Source: an uncultured Alphaproteobacteria bacterium
Lineage (GTDB): Bacteria > Pseudomonadota > Alphaproteobacteria > HIMB59 > GCA-002718135
Direction of reading: 5' to 3'
Assembly: GCA_902553945.1 (NCBI GenBank)
Contig: CACDMT010000004.1
Coordinates: 1-62,595 of the forward strand
Length of the DNA: 62,595 bases
A program made the position numbers and the translations under genes. Positions 58,617 through 62,595 of the stretch are shown here, piece after piece; the stretch's first letter is position 1, and the number at the start of each line of letters is the position of its first letter. The notes below the pieces were generated by a model. The model had not been told where the DNA came from. It was given only the letters and a program-made list of their open reading frames with translations, and searched no databases.

Positions 58617-59510
58617 ATGAAAAGCAAGATCTTATTTTCAACTGGGGTATTTGGTATTTTATTGATGATGGCCGGCCAACTATCTTTTGCGGTAAACGAT
58701 ACTTTTGTCAAACTGGCGGTAAAAAATATAGAAGTTAATAGCTCAATTTTTTCTGTAATTTTTACAAGAGGATCAATTACAACATTATTATTAGGATTAT
58801 ATTTAATTATTATAGAGAAAAAAAATTTGATAAATATATTATTTGTTAGAAAGTTTCATATCAGAGGTTTATATGAAGTTTTAACTGCATTATTTTTTTT
58901 TATTGCTTTAATTTTTTTACCTATATCGGAGGTATATACATTACTTATGACTAATCCATTTTTTGTAACGATATTTGCCTTTATTTTTTTAAAAGAAAAA
59001 GTTGGAATTAGAAGATGGTTAGCTGTACTAATTGGTTTTATAGGTGTTGTAGTTGTTATTAATCCTCATAATTTAGATTTTAACTATTTATTTTTACTAC
59101 CAATTATTTCAGCAATATTTTTAACAATTAGAGACATTTCAACAAAAAATCTTGCGACTAAATCAAATAATGTAGAAATTACATTTGTTACAGCATTCTT
59201 AATTACAATATTTGCAGGATTAGCATCATTATTTTTTGGGTACCATGTTACAATAGATGAAACGCCCCACATCTTAATCTCAAGTATTTTTGTTTTATTT
59301 GGATATTTATTTTCAGTCATGACAGTATATTATGCACCATTATCCTTAACAGCTTCAGCAAGATATAGTGTAATTATATTTGGAATAATTTTTGGATATT
59401 TTATTTTAAATGAAGTCCCAAGTTCAAATATGATTATTGGCGCAATAATTATTACATTAAGTGGTTTGTTTGTAATAAAAAGAGAAAAAGAAGTTGGAAA
59501 GATTGATTAA
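58617..59510 (+). CDS. DMT/EamA family transporter
   Basis: About 10 TM; ND..VK, KEKVGIRRW, RD..T. Confidence 0.9.
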   Translation: MKSKILFSTGVFGILLMMAGQLSFAVNDTFVKLAVKNIEVNSSIFSVIFTRGSITTLLLGLYLIIIEKKNLINILFVRKFHIRGLYEVLTALFFFIALIFLPISEVYTLLMTNPFFVTIFAFIFLKEKVGIRRWLAVLIGFIGVVVVINPHNLDFNYLFLLPIISAIFLTIRDISTKNLATKSNNVEITFVTAFLITIFAGLASLFFGYHVTIDETPHILISSIFVLFGYLFSVMTVYYAPLSLTASARYSVIIFGIIFGYFILNEVPSSNMIIGAIIITLSGLFVIKREKEVGKID

Positions 59511-59957
59511 TTATTTTAAATCTCTGCAGAAATTATAAACTTCTTCTGCATGACCTTTAACTTTTACTTTATTCCACTGATTTAAAATTTTACAATTATT
59601 ATCAATTATAAAGGTTGAACGATCAATTCCAAAATATTTTCTACCATACATTGATTTTTCAATCCAAATACCTAATTTTTCACAATTCTTTCCTTCATCT
59701 GATCCTAGTGGATATTTTAATTTATACTTTTCTAAAAATTTTCTATTTCTCTCAACTGGATCTTTTGAAGCTCCAATTATTTCAAAGCCTAGTTTTTTAA
59801 ATTTATTAAAAAACTTTTGAAAATCAGCAACTTCAACAGAACATCCTCCAGTTAAAGCTTTTGGATAAAAAAAAAGAACAGTTGGTGATTTAATTTTTAA
59901 ACTATCAAATTCTTTATTATTTGTTAAATTTAATTTAATTTTTGGAATTTTTTTCAT
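59511..59957 (-). CDS. bcp: Peroxiredoxin Bcp/PrxQ
   Basis: FYPKALTGGC, KSMYG, RSTF, VKVKGHA. Confidence 0.93.
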   Translation of the reverse strand: MKKIPKIKLNLTNNKEFDSLKIKSPTVLFFYPKALTGGCSVEVADFQKFFNKFKKLGFEIIGASKDPVERNRKFLEKYKLKYPLGSDEGKNCEKLGIWIEKSMYGRKYFGIDRSTFIIDNNCKILNQWNKVKVKGHAEEVYNFCRDLK

Positions 59958-59958
59958 G

Positions 59959-61080
59959 TTAAACAGCTATTTTCAAACCATATCCAGTTTTTTTAATTCT
60001 TGTTTTAAAATAATTTTTATTAAATTTATTTAACGTTGGTTTTGTATTAATTTGATTTTCAACTTTAATACCAGCTTTTTTAATTGAACTAATTTTATTT
60101 TTATTATTAGTTATTAAATTAACTTTCTGAATTTTTAATAATTTAAGTATTTGTGCAGCAATTTTAAAATCTCTTTCATCATCTAAAAAACCAATATTAT
60201 GATCTGCATCAATAGTATCCATTCCTTTTGATTGTAATGAATATGCTCTCATTTTATTTGCTAATCCTATTCCTCTGCCTTCTTGTTCTAAGTATAAAAT
60301 AATACCTCCATTATTTCTAGACATATAACTTATTGATTGATTTAATTGCTCACCACAATCACATTTCAATGAATGAAAAATATCACCGGTAAAACATGCT
60401 GAATGAATTCTTAGATTAACACATTGTTTTTTTATTTTATTTGGGTTAACTATTATAGCGACATGTTTTTCTGAACCAATATATGATTTAAAAATTTTAA
60501 AATTTGAATTTTGATTTTTTGGCAAAGGGACTTTAGCACTTGATACTAATTTTATACTTTTAGAAATTAATTCATTTTGATTTACTAAATCTTTATAATT
60601 AAACAATAAAACTCCATTTTTAAAAGCAAAATCATTAATATTTTCATTATATTTATTAGATATTTTTTTAAAGATTAAAGAAGGGATCATTTTAGCATTT
60701 TTAGAAAGATCAATACAAACATCATGGAATTTTTTTGATTTAAATTTTTTAATTTTACTAAATTTAATAGTTTTGTTTTTACTAAGGGGATTAACAAACA
60801 AATTTACAATATTGTTAATATCAGTTTTGTGATTAATCTCAAAAAAAATGTTATTTTTAATATTTTTATTGAAGATTGAGTAAGCCTTTTGCTTAGTTAC
60901 CAAAAGATATTTTTTATCAATTAAATACTTGTTAAATTGATTAAAAATAGATGAATGAGAATGTTCTATATTAAAAAACATCCAATTTTCCTCATTATTT
61001 TGAATTATCAGAGGTCTTCCAGTTCTTAACTCATTTATAGCTCTATCTATAATTGTACCAGCATTAGATTTGAAACTCAT
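59959..61080 (-). CDS. ribA: GTP cyclohydrolase II with degenerate N-terminal DHBP-synthase-like domain
   Basis: RIHSACFTGD...CDCGEQL, QEGRGIGL.NK, D.R, TNN; likely start MSFKS at 61080. Confidence 0.88.
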   Translation of the reverse strand: MSFKSNAGTIIDRAINELRTGRPLIIQNNEENWMFFNIEHSHSSIFNQFNKYLIDKKYLLVTKQKAYSIFNKNIKNNIFFEINHKTDINNIVNLFVNPLSKNKTIKFSKIKKFKSKKFHDVCIDLSKNAKMIPSLIFKKISNKYNENINDFAFKNGVLLFNYKDLVNQNELISKSIKLVSSAKVPLPKNQNSNFKIFKSYIGSEKHVAIIVNPNKIKKQCVNLRIHSACFTGDIFHSLKCDCGEQLNQSISYMSRNNGGIILYLEQEGRGIGLANKMRAYSLQSKGMDTIDADHNIGFLDDERDFKIAAQILKLLKIQKVNLITNNKNKISSIKKAGIKVENQINTKPTLNKFNKNYFKTRIKKTGYGLKIAV

Positions 61081-61116
61081 GAAAAGTTTATATAGATAGA
61101 AAATAGAGAAAAACAA

Positions 61117-61953
61117 ATGATAACTTCACAAAATATTGGTAAATTGCTTGAAAATATCAAAAATTCAAAGAAAACAGAAAGTTTGTTTTTTCAAATAACT
61201 AAATCTGTAATTAAAAAAACAACAAAAAATAAAAGATATAATTTTTCCTTAATTAAAAACAATATAGAAACAGATTTTAAATTAAGTCTTTTATACAAAT
61301 CAATTCTTGATATTTTGATACCGATTATAAGAGAAAAAAAGAAATTGACTATTGCACAATTAGGTCAAAGTATTGATGGGAGAATTGCACTAAATAATGG
61401 AAATTCTCATTACATTAATCATAAAAAAGGAATACACTATTTGCATTGTTTAAGAAGTATTAGTGATGCAATTATAGTAGGCTCAAACACGATAAAAAAA
61501 GATAACCCTCAGTTAACAACAAGAAAAATCAAAGGTAGTAATCCAAGACGAATAATTATAGATGGAAGCTTATCTTTAACAAATAAATATAAAATATTCA
61601 ATGATGGTTACGAAAATATAATATTTACAAAAAGTAAAAAAAATAAAATACTTAATAATTCAACAATTATAAGACTTGATAAAAATGATTTTACAAAAAA
61701 AATAATATATCAGATAAATAAACTTGGATATAAATATGTACTTATTGAAGGAGGATCAAAAACAATTTCAGAATTTATAAATAATAAATACATAGACTTA
61801 CTTCAATTTATAATAGCACCAATTGTTATTGGTTCAGGCATTAATTCTTTAAACTTAAAAGAGATTAAAAGTCTTAATAAAGCATTAAGACCTAAATTTT
61901 CCTACAATATTTTAGAAAAAGAACTTGTCGTGAATTTATTTCTTAATCGCTAA
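61117..61953 (+). CDS. Stand-alone RibD C-terminal reductase-family protein
   Basis: AQLGQSIDGRIA, H.LR...DAIIVG..T...DNPQLT, IEGG..T, IAP...GSG; no HxE/PCxxC deaminase domain. Confidence 0.88.
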   Translation: MITSQNIGKLLENIKNSKKTESLFFQITKSVIKKTTKNKRYNFSLIKNNIETDFKLSLLYKSILDILIPIIREKKKLTIAQLGQSIDGRIALNNGNSHYINHKKGIHYLHCLRSISDAIIVGSNTIKKDNPQLTTRKIKGSNPRRIIIDGSLSLTNKYKIFNDGYENIIFTKSKKNKILNNSTIIRLDKNDFTKKIIYQINKLGYKYVLIEGGSKTISEFINNKYIDLLQFIIAPIVIGSGINSLNLKEIKSLNKALRPKFSYNILEKELVVNLFLNR

Positions 61954-62595
61954 AAAATCAGTATTTTGCAAAATTAATCTTGAATTTTTTTCTTTAATAC
62001 AATTGTATCTAAACTGTAACCAAGATGAGTAATCTACTTTATTTTTTACAATAACTTTTTTACAAAAATATAAAAAATATTTTTGAAATTGATAATTTTT
62101 TACTACATCCCATTTTGAATTCATTAAATAAGTATTATGTGTTTTTTTGAATACATTATTAATCAATTTACTACAATCTGGGCCAATAGCTTTATTACCT
62201 ATACCCTTATCAGTTTTTTGATCTTTGTTAAAAAAATTAACGATTTTTTATCATATTTATGTTTTGGAAAAAATTTAAAGTCTCCATTATAATTTAAAGC
62301 AAATAATACTATTTCTGTTTTAGTATTAAATTTATGAAATTTATAAAACCAGCTCCGGGGTAATATATCTAAAAAAGCAGAACCAGTAACTATATCAAAT
62401 GTTTTAAATTTGATTCTATCTAAATCTTCAATAACATCAAAAATCTGAAATTTAGTTTTAATAATTTTATTAGATAAATTTATATTCTTTTTAAAATAAT
62501 TCATTGAATTTGAAGAAATATCGGTAAAAACCCAATTTTGTTTAAATTTTATTTTGGGTTTTAAATAATTAAAATTAGAGCCAGCTCCTGTACCT
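61936..62595 (-). pseudogene. Class I SAM methyltransferase-like gene, 5' end outside window, split by a -1 frameshift (possibly sequencing error)
   Basis: Frame from 62594 reads GTGAGSNFNYL...QNWVFTD...FDIVTGSAFLD...ALNYNG. Adding one A to the A6 run (62244-62249) restores DKKIVNFFNKDQKTDKGIGNKAIGP and joins the 61936-62166 ORF. Confidence 0.75.

Overview
Very AT-rich (about one quarter GC by eye), gene-dense chromosome segment with tiny intergenic gaps. It looks like a streamlined marine alphaproteobacterium; SAR11-like or HIMB59/AEGEAN-169-like is an inference from gene content and order. The left ~29 kb is accessory metabolism: a partial cobalamin-binding radical SAM gene, a Rieske oxygenase, pcs, an FeS-less (6-4)-type photolyase with mutT, GH4, uxuA, an FGGY kinase with a sugar ABC transporter, an orphan tupA, selO and several EamA transporters. 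From ~29 to 55 kb is a core block: tatD-metG-holB-tmk-dacA-rlpA-mltB, tRNA-Ser, mfd, sdhE, recG, tRNA-Lys, coaD, gyrA, ssb, uvrA, sodB, secF-secD-yajC. The right end holds an FKBP-rhodanese fusion, a Vibrio fluvialis-type omega-transaminase and bcp. It also holds the edge of a GTP cyclohydrolase II / stand-alone RibD reductase / SAM methyltransferase cluster, my best candidate for an uncharacterised pathway; the methyltransferase carries a -1 homopolymer frameshift. I also found three unannotated single-helix micro-ORFs and an orphan structured hairpin with a U-tail. I saw no mobile elements, CRISPR arrays or rRNA. All family calls rest on motif recognition, not database searches.
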